Origin: a virus
Lineage: Duplodnaviria > Caudoviricetes
Virus record (IMG/VR): IMGVR_UViG_3300031184_000005
Location: 1-38,469 of that record
DNA length: 38,469 bases
Reading direction: 5' to 3' (one strand)
The notes under the pieces: generated by a model
What the model was told of the DNA's origin: nothing
Seen by the model: only the letters and a program-made list of their open reading frames with translations
The model's database searches: none
Program-made: the position numbers and the translations under genes
Shown: piece by piece, positions 7,759 through 15,149 of the stretch
Layout of the letters: each line of letters starts with the position of its first letter
Numbering within the stretch: the stretch's first letter is position 1

Positions 7759-7814
7759 GCCGTCAGCCTACTCACCATTGACCAATGGTCAAGGATTGTG
7801 CGACAGTGGCGGGC
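7759..7814. promoter_or_regulatory. Divergent leaderless promoter pair with palindromic operator
   Basis: Minus: TTGACC-16-TAGGCT-6-ATG(7758). Plus: TTGACC-18-GACAGT-7-ATG(7815). Palindrome ttgaccaatggtcaa at 7778-7792. Confidence 0.7.
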
Positions 7815-8042
7815 ATGAGCCACACCGTCACCCTCATCCGGGACGACAACCGCATGGGCGGCCACTATGGCGACCACATGTACGTCGAGCGCTCCGGCGA
7901 GACCGTCATCAAGTCGGAGCACCTCGGCACCCGGGACCGCGACGCCGCCCTGGTCCGCGCCGCCGCCACGGCCAAGCTGTACGGCGCCTCCCTGGTCGAC
8001 CGCCGCCCGGCCACCTGCCTCTACGGCTGGTCCGCGGACTGA
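7815..8042 (+). CDS. Hypothetical protein
   Basis: First gene of the rightward accessory operon; 75 aa. Confidence 0.7.
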   Translation: MSHTVTLIRDDNRMGGHYGDHMYVERSGETVIKSEHLGTRDRDAALVRAAATAKLYGASLVDRRPATCLYGWSAD

Positions 8043-8455
8043 TGACCTCCCGTGCCCGGCTCCGGGTCCTGATCGTCGGCGCCTTCACGCTCCTGGCGTT
8101 CGCGACCACGGCCGAGACCCGCGACCTCAACGTCGTCCCCGCCGCCCAAGCCACCGAGGGCGCGGTGCCCGTCGACCTCGTCGCCCGCATGGCCACCGTC
8201 ATCGGCACCTCACGGGCCGTCGACGGGATCGGCTCGGCGTCCCACTGGTGCACCCAGCGCCGTCCCCACGCCATAGACGACGTCACCTACGCCGAGTGGT
8301 TCCACCTCAATGAGCACGCGGCCACCACGAACTGCATCGCCACCCACGACAACGGAGTCACCTGGCACTTCTACCGGGTGACCGTGTGGGACCAGGACCA
8401 CGACGGCGTCATCGAGCTCGTGCAGTGGACGCCGCTCGGCCCGTGGTGGACGTGA
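8042..8455 (+). CDS. Secreted/membrane-anchored hypothetical protein
   Basis: Basic N-terminus and hydrophobic stretch MTSRARLRVLIVGAFTLLAFA. Confidence 0.7.
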   Translation: MTSRARLRVLIVGAFTLLAFATTAETRDLNVVPAAQATEGAVPVDLVARMATVIGTSRAVDGIGSASHWCTQRRPHAIDDVTYAEWFHLNEHAATTNCIATHDNGVTWHFYRVTVWDQDHDGVIELVQWTPLGPWWT

Positions 8456-8670
8456 TGGACGCCTACGACATCCATGCCGTGTTCATCGACGACGAAGGAC
8501 TCTCCACCGACGAGTTGCACACCATCCTCCGCGCCTTCGACGGAGCCGGTTCGTGGGGATCGACCGAAGGCAAGGACGTCACCGTCAGGGTCGTCGGTCG
8601 CTCGGCCGCCAAGGATCTCGTCTGGCAACTGGCGGTTCATCCTGCCGTAGCGAGCGTGTCGGTCCCGTGA
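8455..8670 (+). CDS. Hypothetical protein
   Basis: TGATG-coupled; 71 aa. Confidence 0.65.
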   Translation: MDAYDIHAVFIDDEGLSTDELHTILRAFDGAGSWGSTEGKDVTVRVVGRSAAKDLVWQLAVHPAVASVSVP

Positions 8671-8843
8671 TCCACCGACGTGACCTTTGGGTGCCCGCGG
8701 CCATCGTCGCCCTGACCGCTGCTGTCGCGGCCGGGTGCGGGGCGGCCACCTACAACGAGGGCGACAACGACGACCAGCCGCCCACCAACCCCTGCGCCGA
8801 AACCCAGGCCACCCGACCCGTCAACTGCGAAGACGACGGCTGA
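8667..8843 (+). CDS. Small putative lipoprotein
   Basis: Signal-like N-terminus ending VAAGC; two further Cys. Confidence 0.6.
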   Translation: MIHRRDLWVPAAIVALTAAVAAGCGAATYNEGDNDDQPPTNPCAETQATRPVNCEDDG

Positions 8844-8986
8844 TGCCTCCCGCCCACTCGACCGCCACCCAGCAGGGCCCCGACGGCAAATGGCGCGGCG
8901 TCTGCTCGTGCGGGTCGGTCAGCCCCAGCTTCGCCAGCGAGGGCGAGGCCCTGACGTGGTGCTCCAACCACATGCGAGGACGATGA
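8843..8986 (+). CDS. Small Zn-binding protein
   Basis: WRGVCSCG...EALTWCSNH. Confidence 0.6.
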   Translation: MPPAHSTATQQGPDGKWRGVCSCGSVSPSFASEGEALTWCSNHMRGR

Positions 8987-9156
8987 CCATGGTCAGCAAG
9001 GGCACACCCTCCGACCGGGCACGGGAGACCGAGCAGCAACACCGCGACCTGGAGAACCAGCGCCGCGGTGGCCGCACCGGTCGCCCGTCGGTCGCCCCCA
9101 CACCCCGCCCCGTCGACCGTACGGCCGACAACGACGAACACCCCCCGGAGCACTGA
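8983..9156 (+). CDS. Hypothetical protein
   Basis: ATGA-coupled; hydrophilic, 57 aa. Confidence 0.5.
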   Translation: MTMVSKGTPSDRARETEQQHRDLENQRRGGRTGRPSVAPTPRPVDRTADNDEHPPEH

Positions 9157-9665
9157 TGAAGCGCCTCATCGCCGGCGCCGTCCTGGCGGCCCTCAGCGCC
9201 GCCTCCGGGGCCTGTGAGCCCGCGGGTCCCGTCTACTTCGGGGACTCCAACATGGCGATGGTCGCCTCCCACCTCGACGGGACGGTCCACGCCACCCCCG
9301 GCTACTCCCTCGACGACTGGGCCACCGAGATGGCCGACGTCCCCGACGGGGCGACCGTCGTCGTCGCTCTCGGCTCGAACGACGTGCTCAAGGGCGACAC
9401 CGACGGCGACGTCGCCGAGGTCGCCCGTCTGCTGGCCGGGCACTGTGTGGTGTGGGTGACCCCCGCTCAGTCCAGCTTCGACGCCATGGGCGAGCCGTAC
9501 TCGTCGTCTGCCCGCGGGCTGATCGCCGAGCTCGCCGCCCAGGAGCATGTGGTGGTGTGGGACACGGCCCTGTACCAGCCCGCCGACCCGCCGCATCTGA
9601 CCGGGGCCGGGTACGACGTGTACGCCCGGGTGCTGGCCGCCGCCCCCGAGGAGTGCGAGCCGTGA
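9156..9665 (+). CDS. Exported SGNH/GDSL hydrolase (probable lipoprotein)
   Basis: Signal peptide ending GAC; blocks FGDS, PG, LGSND, DPPH. Confidence 0.85.
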   Translation: MKRLIAGAVLAALSAASGACEPAGPVYFGDSNMAMVASHLDGTVHATPGYSLDDWATEMADVPDGATVVVALGSNDVLKGDTDGDVAEVARLLAGHCVVWVTPAQSSFDAMGEPYSSSARGLIAELAAQEHVVVWDTALYQPADPPHLTGAGYDVYARVLAAAPEECEP

Positions 9666-10012
9666 AGGCGAGCGTGGACCGGGCCGAGACCCGGAGGGTG
9701 CTGGCCGGCATCGACCAGGTGCTGCGTGGGCGCACCGCTGACGCGGTCGACCGGGTGCTGGCCACCGCCGCGCCGGGCATGCGCCAGTCGATGTACTGCT
9801 ACGCCGAGGTCACCCGGCCGCTATGCCTTGAGCTGGGGATCAAGCCCGTCCCGATCAGAAGCACCGACTGCAACGTCCCGTTCTGCGAGTGGTGCGACGA
9901 CGAGGGCAAGGGGTACCTCGACATCCTCCCCCTCTATGTCGGGTGCCGCGACCACGTCCACGGCTACGCCCCGTGGATCGTCAGCCCCCACCTGTTCCCC
10001 CTCGACCCCTGA
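9662..10012 (+). CDS. Hypothetical Cys-rich protein
   Basis: GAGGAG RBS, GTGA overlap, CEWC motif. Confidence 0.55.
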   Translation: MKASVDRAETRRVLAGIDQVLRGRTADAVDRVLATAAPGMRQSMYCYAEVTRPLCLELGIKPVPIRSTDCNVPFCEWCDDEGKGYLDILPLYVGCRDHVHGYAPWIVSPHLFPLDP

Positions 10013-10021
10013 TCGAAGCGA

Positions 10022-10624
10022 ATGACTGATCTCCTGCCCGTCACCGTCGAGACCATCCACGTCCCGACCCCGCCGCACCCGATGGCCGCCGTGAGCCCGC
10101 GGCGCCCCCAGCCCGCGGCGCGGAAGCGGGGCCGGTGGTCGCTGGTGGTCGTCCTGGTCGTCGTGGACTGGATGGTCGCCGGGTTCCTCGTCGGCGCGGT
10201 CCTGTTCCCCGACGCGCCCGCGGCAGACCGGTCCGACACCCGGCCTGCCGTCCCGCCGGCGGTGGTCGCCCCACCGGCCACCGCCGGCGCCCCATCCGTG
10301 GCCGCACACCCCGATCCGCGTCGGGGTGGAGGGGGCGGCCCGGGTGGTGACGTCCCCCAGGGCGTCACCACCAGCACCACAGGCGTAGCTACGGCGCCTG
10401 TGGTGCCCGATGCTGCGCCCACCCGCGGTCAGACCCCTTCGACGGGGGGTCCCGCGGGTGGGCCGGCGTCCACCACCACCAGCGTGCCCGTAGAGCCGCC
10501 TGTGTCGGCGCCTGCGCCCCCGACGGCCCCACCAGGCACCACGCCGCCCGAGACGCAGCCACCGGACACACAGCCACCACCCGAGACGACCCTGCCCACC
10601 CCGACCACGGAGACCGCCCCATGA
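10022..10624 (+). CDS. Single-pass membrane protein with Pro/Thr-rich extracellular tail
   Basis: RKRGR, then a hydrophobic helix, then PETQP/PDTQP repeats. Confidence 0.7.
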   Translation: MTDLLPVTVETIHVPTPPHPMAAVSPRRPQPAARKRGRWSLVVVLVVVDWMVAGFLVGAVLFPDAPAADRSDTRPAVPPAVVAPPATAGAPSVAAHPDPRRGGGGGPGGDVPQGVTTSTTGVATAPVVPDAAPTRGQTPSTGGPAGGPASTTTSVPVEPPVSAPAPPTAPPGTTPPETQPPDTQPPPETTLPTPTTETAP

Positions 10625-10968
10625 CCGACCTGGCCTTCACCCTGACCGACGATCACATCACCCTCCTCCGTGCCGCCTACATCCGATGGGAGGACTGCGA
10701 GTACGGCGCCCCCGCCATCGACTGCAAGCGCCCCTACGGCAACAGCGACGTCGAGCTGGACATCGCCGAGGCGCTCGGGTGGGAGCTGCCGGTCGACAAC
10801 GAAGGCGACGAGTACATCGACGCCGACATGGCTCAGCGCGCTGAGCGCCTCCACAAGGAGACGCGGACCGCCCTCCAGGTCATCCTGCGCGCTGGCACGT
10901 TCACCCCCGGCCGGTACGTCCGGTCGACGCCATGGTCCGACGACTGGGTGCTGGAGACCGCCCCATGA
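10621..10968 (+). CDS. Conserved phage hypothetical protein
   Basis: EYGAPAIDCKRPYGNSDV motif; GGAG RBS. Confidence 0.75.
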   Translation: MTDLAFTLTDDHITLLRAAYIRWEDCEYGAPAIDCKRPYGNSDVELDIAEALGWELPVDNEGDEYIDADMAQRAERLHKETRTALQVILRAGTFTPGRYVRSTPWSDDWVLETAP

Positions 10969-11213
10969 TGTTCCCGACCCAGCTCGCCGCCGAAGCCATG
11001 GCCGCCGCCCTCGACCTCGTCTGGGACGACCTGCTGTCCAGCGCCAAGCAGTACTACCTCGACCAGGCCGACGCCGCGTGCAAGGCGATCGTCGAAGGCC
11101 CCGACGGATGGCGGATCGTCCGCACCGAGGACCTCACTGGCCCCGAGGGCGGGATGATCCTCGCCGACAAGCGGGACAAGGTCGTCGAGGTCATCGAGGA
11201 GTGGAAGGGATGA
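10965..11213 (+). CDS. Hypothetical protein
   Basis: GGAG RBS, ATGA overlap. Confidence 0.65.
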   Translation: MMFPTQLAAEAMAAALDLVWDDLLSSAKQYYLDQADAACKAIVEGPDGWRIVRTEDLTGPEGGMILADKRDKVVEVIEEWKG

Positions 11214-11407
11214 GGGTGACGGTGACGCCCGTGAGCCCGCGGCAACCGGCGTCCGCCCGCGGGACCGCGGTGGGTGCGTTCGCGAACGTCGCCGGCTGGT
11301 TCACGATCGCCGTCGGGCTGTGGGCCGGCCTCTCGGGCGCGGTGCCCCTGTGGTTCGGGACGGTCGTCGCCGTGATCGCTGTGCCCGCGGCAGCGTGGAC
11401 CCGATGA
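11210..11407 (+). CDS. Two-TM membrane protein
   Basis: Two hydrophobic segments; ATGA overlap. Confidence 0.6.
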   Translation: MRVTVTPVSPRQPASARGTAVGAFANVAGWFTIAVGLWAGLSGAVPLWFGTVVAVIAVPAAAWTR

Positions 11408-11658
11408 GCGACATCCCGTGGCTGAACGGCTGGCCCCGACGGGGGGACGTGGTGTTCATCGGGCACGCCCACGCCTGCATCGGCTGCGGTGCCTTCCTGG
11501 GGATGAGCAGCGGCCCAGCGGGAGAGGGCGAGGACCCGCCCATGCCGGTATGGCCGTTCCCCGCCGCGGGCTGCCCCGTGTGCGAGCTGCGGGACCAGGT
11601 GCCTCCCCGTCCCCCCGAGCCGTCCTGGCCGCGGGGGAAGCGGCGTCCGCTGCCATGA
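11404..11658 (+). CDS. Zn-ribbon hypothetical protein
   Basis: CIGC...CPVC. Confidence 0.6.
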   Translation: MSDIPWLNGWPRRGDVVFIGHAHACIGCGAFLGMSSGPAGEGEDPPMPVWPFPAAGCPVCELRDQVPPRPPEPSWPRGKRRPLP

Positions 11659-11966
11659 CCGGCGAACTGGTCCCCGTCGCCGAGATCATCCGCCCCGACG
11701 GGGTCATCACTGGCGACCCCGCGGAGCCGTTCCCCGACGGGATCGACGAGTCCGTCTACCGGGGGCCGCTCGCCCAGCTCGTCGTCGACCTGCTCGCTGA
11801 CCTGCGCGACGCACGCGACCAGCTCTCGGCCCTGCCCGACGGTCCCGGCGCCGACGTGGGCGGGTGGCTGCGCGGCAGGGTCGGTCACCACACGGTCGCA
11901 GCGCAGCGCCTCAACGTCCGTGCGATGGCGGCCACCCCGGTCTACGACGACTGGGACGACGACTGA
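11655..11966 (+). CDS. Hypothetical protein
   Basis: ATGA overlap; last gene before the terminator; acidic tail. Confidence 0.65.
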   Translation: MTGELVPVAEIIRPDGVITGDPAEPFPDGIDESVYRGPLAQLVVDLLADLRDARDQLSALPDGPGADVGGWLRGRVGHHTVAAQRLNVRAMAATPVYDDWDDD

Positions 11967-11970
11967 CGCG

Positions 11971-12000
11971 GAACACCCCTCGGGGGGCCGAGGGGTGTTC
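11971..12000. terminator. Bidirectional hairpin terminator
   Basis: Perfect 13-bp stem gaacacccctcgg/ccgaggggtgttc between convergent operons. Confidence 0.8.
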
Positions 12001-12064
12001 GTCACGCTGAGACCGCCAAGCCTTCACGTGGGCTGGTGCGCCGATCTTGCCGACGCCGCAGAGA

Positions 12065-12472
12065 CTAGCCGTGCTGGCCGTTCCACGTCGCCGGCAGGCC
12101 ACGCTCGACCACCCGACGGCGGCGGCGCCGGTAGATCGCCTGGCCGACCAGCGGGATCGCCAGCTTGTTCTGCCACAGCCACACCCCCGTCCCCACCAGC
12201 GGGATGGCGAGCAGGCAGCCGCCGTCCTGATGCGACCGCAGTCGCCACGCACCGACGAGGACCAGGCGCCCGCAGTCCCCGCACCGCCCGTCCACGCCGA
12301 TCAGGCCGACACACTCGGCGAGGTCGTCGTGGAACGCCCCGCCTGTGACGTCGAGGCGATGCCACGCGTCCAGCACCTCCGCGGCGTCGCCCGGGTCGAG
12401 GGGGACGCCCATGTCGGCCAGGTGCGCCGCGTAGGCGTCGAGGCTGTCCGCGTTCGGGTGCCGCGGGGTCAC
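12065..12472 (-). CDS. Hypothetical protein
   Basis: GTGA-coupled to the holin-like gene; LAIPLVG occurs twice. Confidence 0.5.
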   Translation of the reverse strand: MTPRHPNADSLDAYAAHLADMGVPLDPGDAAEVLDAWHRLDVTGGAFHDDLAECVGLIGVDGRCGDCGRLVLVGAWRLRSHQDGGCLLAIPLVGTGVWLWQNKLAIPLVGQAIYRRRRRRVVERGLPATWNGQHG

Positions 12473-12768
12473 GCCGTCGTCTCGCGCGAGCCGGTGAGCC
12501 GCCCTGTCGCTGTGTGGTGCTCGACGGTCAACTGGCCGGCTTCGAGCACCAGCCCGCGGGCCTCGAGCGGCACGGGGGTGACGCGGGACACGACCCTGAC
12601 GATGGTGGCCACCCAGCCCGCGGCGAGGACCAGCCACGCCGACGCCCGCAACGCCACGTTGTCGGGCAGCAGCGGCACCAGCTCGGTAGCGAGGACGGTC
12701 AGGATCGACTGGACGGCGGCGAGCTGCGCCGGCAGTGCCCGCAGCAGCGCCCGGTACTTCTCCCACAT
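12469..12768 (-). CDS. Putative holin
   Basis: GAGAGG RBS, two hydrophobic helices, RVTPV motif, downstream of the endolysin. Confidence 0.6.
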   Translation of the reverse strand: MWEKYRALLRALPAQLAAVQSILTVLATELVPLLPDNVALRASAWLVLAAGWVATIVRVVSRVTPVPLEARGLVLEAGQLTVEHHTATGRLTGSRETTA

Positions 12769-12779
12769 GATGATCCTCT

Positions 12780-13019
12780 CTAACACTCGTCGATGGGTAG
12801 GGCCCGGGCGACCGCGGCGTCGACCTGGCGGACCTGCTCGTCCTCGGCGCCCAGCTCGACCACCACGGCCACGAACGCTGCCTGCGTGTCGGTCCGGCTG
12901 GTGATGCACCGGTCGTGGCGCTCCTCTTCGATCGCCCGCCAGCCCGCGACGTTCGTCCCGACCAGCAGGACAGCGGTGACCACGTTGGGGTGCTCACGAA
13001 CCCACCGCCACGCCCTCAC
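12780..13019 (-). CDS. Membrane protein of the lysis cassette
   Basis: N-terminal TM and helical domain with two Cys. Confidence 0.6.
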   Translation of the reverse strand: MRAWRWVREHPNVVTAVLLVGTNVAGWRAIEEERHDRCITSRTDTQAAFVAVVVELGAEDEQVRQVDAAVARALPIDEC

Positions 13020-13080
13020 CACAGCAGCGCCTTCCCCGCACCCGCCGCGGCAACGACACAGAGCGACAGGCGCCAGCGGA

Positions 13081-13335
13081 TCACCCAGCCGGCGACCGCG
13101 TGGACTCCGCCCCCTGCCCGTTCACCGACACTGCGCCGCCGGTCTGGCGTCGTTCGTCCTTCCGCCACGCCAGGCCGATCCCGAGGCACCCGGCCGCCAG
13201 GGACACGTTGCCCCAGTCGACCGGGCCCGGGTCGGTGACGGTCAGGTAGCCCCACCACGCGCCGAGGGCGAGCAGGATCATCTCCCGTACCGTCGGCCAG
13301 TTCGACACCAGCCGGTCCCATCCTGTCCGCTCCAC
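13081..13335 (-). CDS. Two-TM membrane protein (holin-like)
   Basis: Two hydrophobic segments, immediately after the endolysin. Confidence 0.6.
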   Translation of the reverse strand: MERTGWDRLVSNWPTVREMILLALGAWWGYLTVTDPGPVDWGNVSLAAGCLGIGLAWRKDERRQTGGAVSVNGQGAESTRSPAG

Positions 13336-13359
13336 CCGTCACGCTCAGCCCTGGGGCCG

Positions 13360-14106
13360 TCAGCCCGCGGGCGGGGTGGTGTCGGTGGCCCGTTCGTGGA
13401 GCTCGCGGACCCGGATCGTCGTGTCCTTCAGCCGGCACTCGGATGCGTCGGCCGGGTTGGCGGCGGTCTCCGCCCAGATCTCGCGGACCTTGCGGAGCAG
13501 CTCGAGCTGCTGGTCGTCGGTGAGTGCCATGAACGGGGCGTCTCCTCGTGCGGCGGTCAGGATGCGGTCGATGTTGATGGCCCCGGGGTCGCCATGCACG
13601 TTGTCGGGGGCGTGCTGGTGGCCGAGGACACCGGAGTAGGCGTCCCACGCGGCGAGGGAGAGGCGCTGGGGGGCGTTGCCGTAGCTGGCCGGGTAGGCGA
13701 CCCATCGCACCGTCGAGGTCAGGGGGATGCCCATGCGAGCGCAGTCGGGGCCGAGGACGACACGGCCGAACCAGTCGAGGTCGTCGGGATCGCCGATCGA
13801 CGCAGGGTTGGTGGCCGACCCGACGAGCTCGTACTGGATGAGGACGTCGCCGTCGCGGTTGGTTTGGTCGGCGCCGCCGGGGAGGTTCTGGAGGGACCGG
13901 GCGGCGGCAGCGAGCGGCAGGTGTTCGACGATGATGCGGCGCCGGCAGTCGACGGTGCGGTGGGGCCACGAGTTGTGGGCGCGGTAGGCGGCGATGGCCC
14001 CGGCGACGGTGGTGCCTTCGGTGGTGTGGAGGAGGGCTTTGCGGGACCCGTCGCCGTTCATGGCGCCGGCCGAGTTGCCGGGGACGGTACGGCGGTCTGT
14101 GGCCAT
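13360..14106 (-). CDS. Endolysin, N-acetylmuramoyl-L-alanine amidase (Amidase_2-like)
   Basis: LLHTTEG, WPH, IQYELVG, GHQHAPDNVHGDPG zinc-amidase motifs. Confidence 0.85.
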   Translation of the reverse strand: MATDRRTVPGNSAGAMNGDGSRKALLHTTEGTTVAGAIAAYRAHNSWPHRTVDCRRRIIVEHLPLAAAARSLQNLPGGADQTNRDGDVLIQYELVGSATNPASIGDPDDLDWFGRVVLGPDCARMGIPLTSTVRWVAYPASYGNAPQRLSLAAWDAYSGVLGHQHAPDNVHGDPGAINIDRILTAARGDAPFMALTDDQQLELLRKVREIWAETAANPADASECRLKDTTIRVRELHERATDTTPPAG

Positions 14107-14137
14107 CTGCGCAGCCTACGGCCCGGGTGTCCGCGGG

Positions 14138-14662
14138 TCAGGGTTCGACGATGACCCAGTCGATCGTGCTGGTATCGAGTATCCCGGTGGCCCCGGTCGC
14201 GAGGATCACCGCGGTGATCGTGAACGACGTGCCGGCCGTGCGGGCCGTGACCTCATACGAGTTCCCGGCCGTGACCCCGCCAGCGGCCTGGCGTTGCAGC
14301 ATGATCCGCGAGTTGGCCGTGACCGCGCTGGACGACACCGTCGCCACACCAGCGGTGAGCGCCTGCCGCCCTGACGTCAGAGGGTCAGGCTGGGCGATCG
14401 GGGCGCACTGGATGTACCCCGTGTAGGCGTCGCCGTACTCGCCGTTGGTGAAGATGACGCCGGTGATGAGGCCATCGCCATCGACGACGACCCCGCACCC
14501 GGCGTCGAGTCCCCCGGCGGCCCAGTTCAGCCCGGCCGGGCCGTTGTCGCCGTAGATGGCCACGATGCAGTACCCGGAGGGCGCGTCGATCTGCACGTAG
14601 GGCTGGGAGGCGGGTGGGGTCCAGCCGGGGATGGTGTCGGAGACGACGACGAGGTTGGGCAT
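14138..14662 (-). CDS. Minor tail/fiber-associated protein
   Basis: Beta-rich; GVATVSSSAVTANSRIML...GTSFTI...DTSTIDWVIVEP type C-terminus; end of tail block. Confidence 0.6.
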   Translation of the reverse strand: MPNLVVVSDTIPGWTPPASQPYVQIDAPSGYCIVAIYGDNGPAGLNWAAGGLDAGCGVVVDGDGLITGVIFTNGEYGDAYTGYIQCAPIAQPDPLTSGRQALTAGVATVSSSAVTANSRIMLQRQAAGGVTAGNSYEVTARTAGTSFTITAVILATGATGILDTSTIDWVIVEP

Positions 14663-14671
14663 GGCCCGAGC

Positions 14672-15142
14672 CTACGTGCAGGGCAGGACGGCAACCTTGC
14701 GGTACAGGAACGTCCCCGTGTTGCCCGACACGCGGTGGTCGAGGCGGACGTTGTAGTCGTCGCCGGGCGTGAGGCCCTCGACGAGCATGGTCATGCCAGC
14801 GTGCTGGATGGCTCCGCCAACGTAGGACACGAGCCTCAGCTTGTTGTCGATCACCGACGCCAGGAACGTCGTCCCCGACCCGACCGTGGTGCCCTCCCTG
14901 ATGAACGGGGACAGCTCACAGGCCGACCCGGTCGTGCCGTTGGCCACCTGCCCCGACCACGTGACCAGCACCCGCCCGGTGGTCGGCGCGACGAACGCCA
15001 CGCCGCAGTCCGAGTAGGACCCTGACGCGGCTGTGATCCCGAACGTCGTGATCGTGACCGTGAAGCTGCCCGACTGGGCGTCCGACACGGCCGGTGGGGT
15101 GTCGAGGGAACGGACGGTGGTACCGGCGGACAGGTCAGACAT
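14672..15142 (-). CDS. Minor tail protein
   Basis: Beta-rich, FVAPTTGRV...GLTPG..YNV; follows the tail tip gene. Confidence 0.65.
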   Translation of the reverse strand: MSDLSAGTTVRSLDTPPAVSDAQSGSFTVTITTFGITAASGSYSDCGVAFVAPTTGRVLVTWSGQVANGTTGSACELSPFIREGTTVGSGTTFLASVIDNKLRLVSYVGGAIQHAGMTMLVEGLTPGDDYNVRLDHRVSGNTGTFLYRKVAVLPCT

Positions 15143-15149
15143 CGGTCTC

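Noticed and set aside
8763-9137. Short shared sequence gacaacgacga (DND[DE]xPP) in two small genes
   Set aside because: About 11-12 bp matches are expected by chance in such GC-biased sequence.
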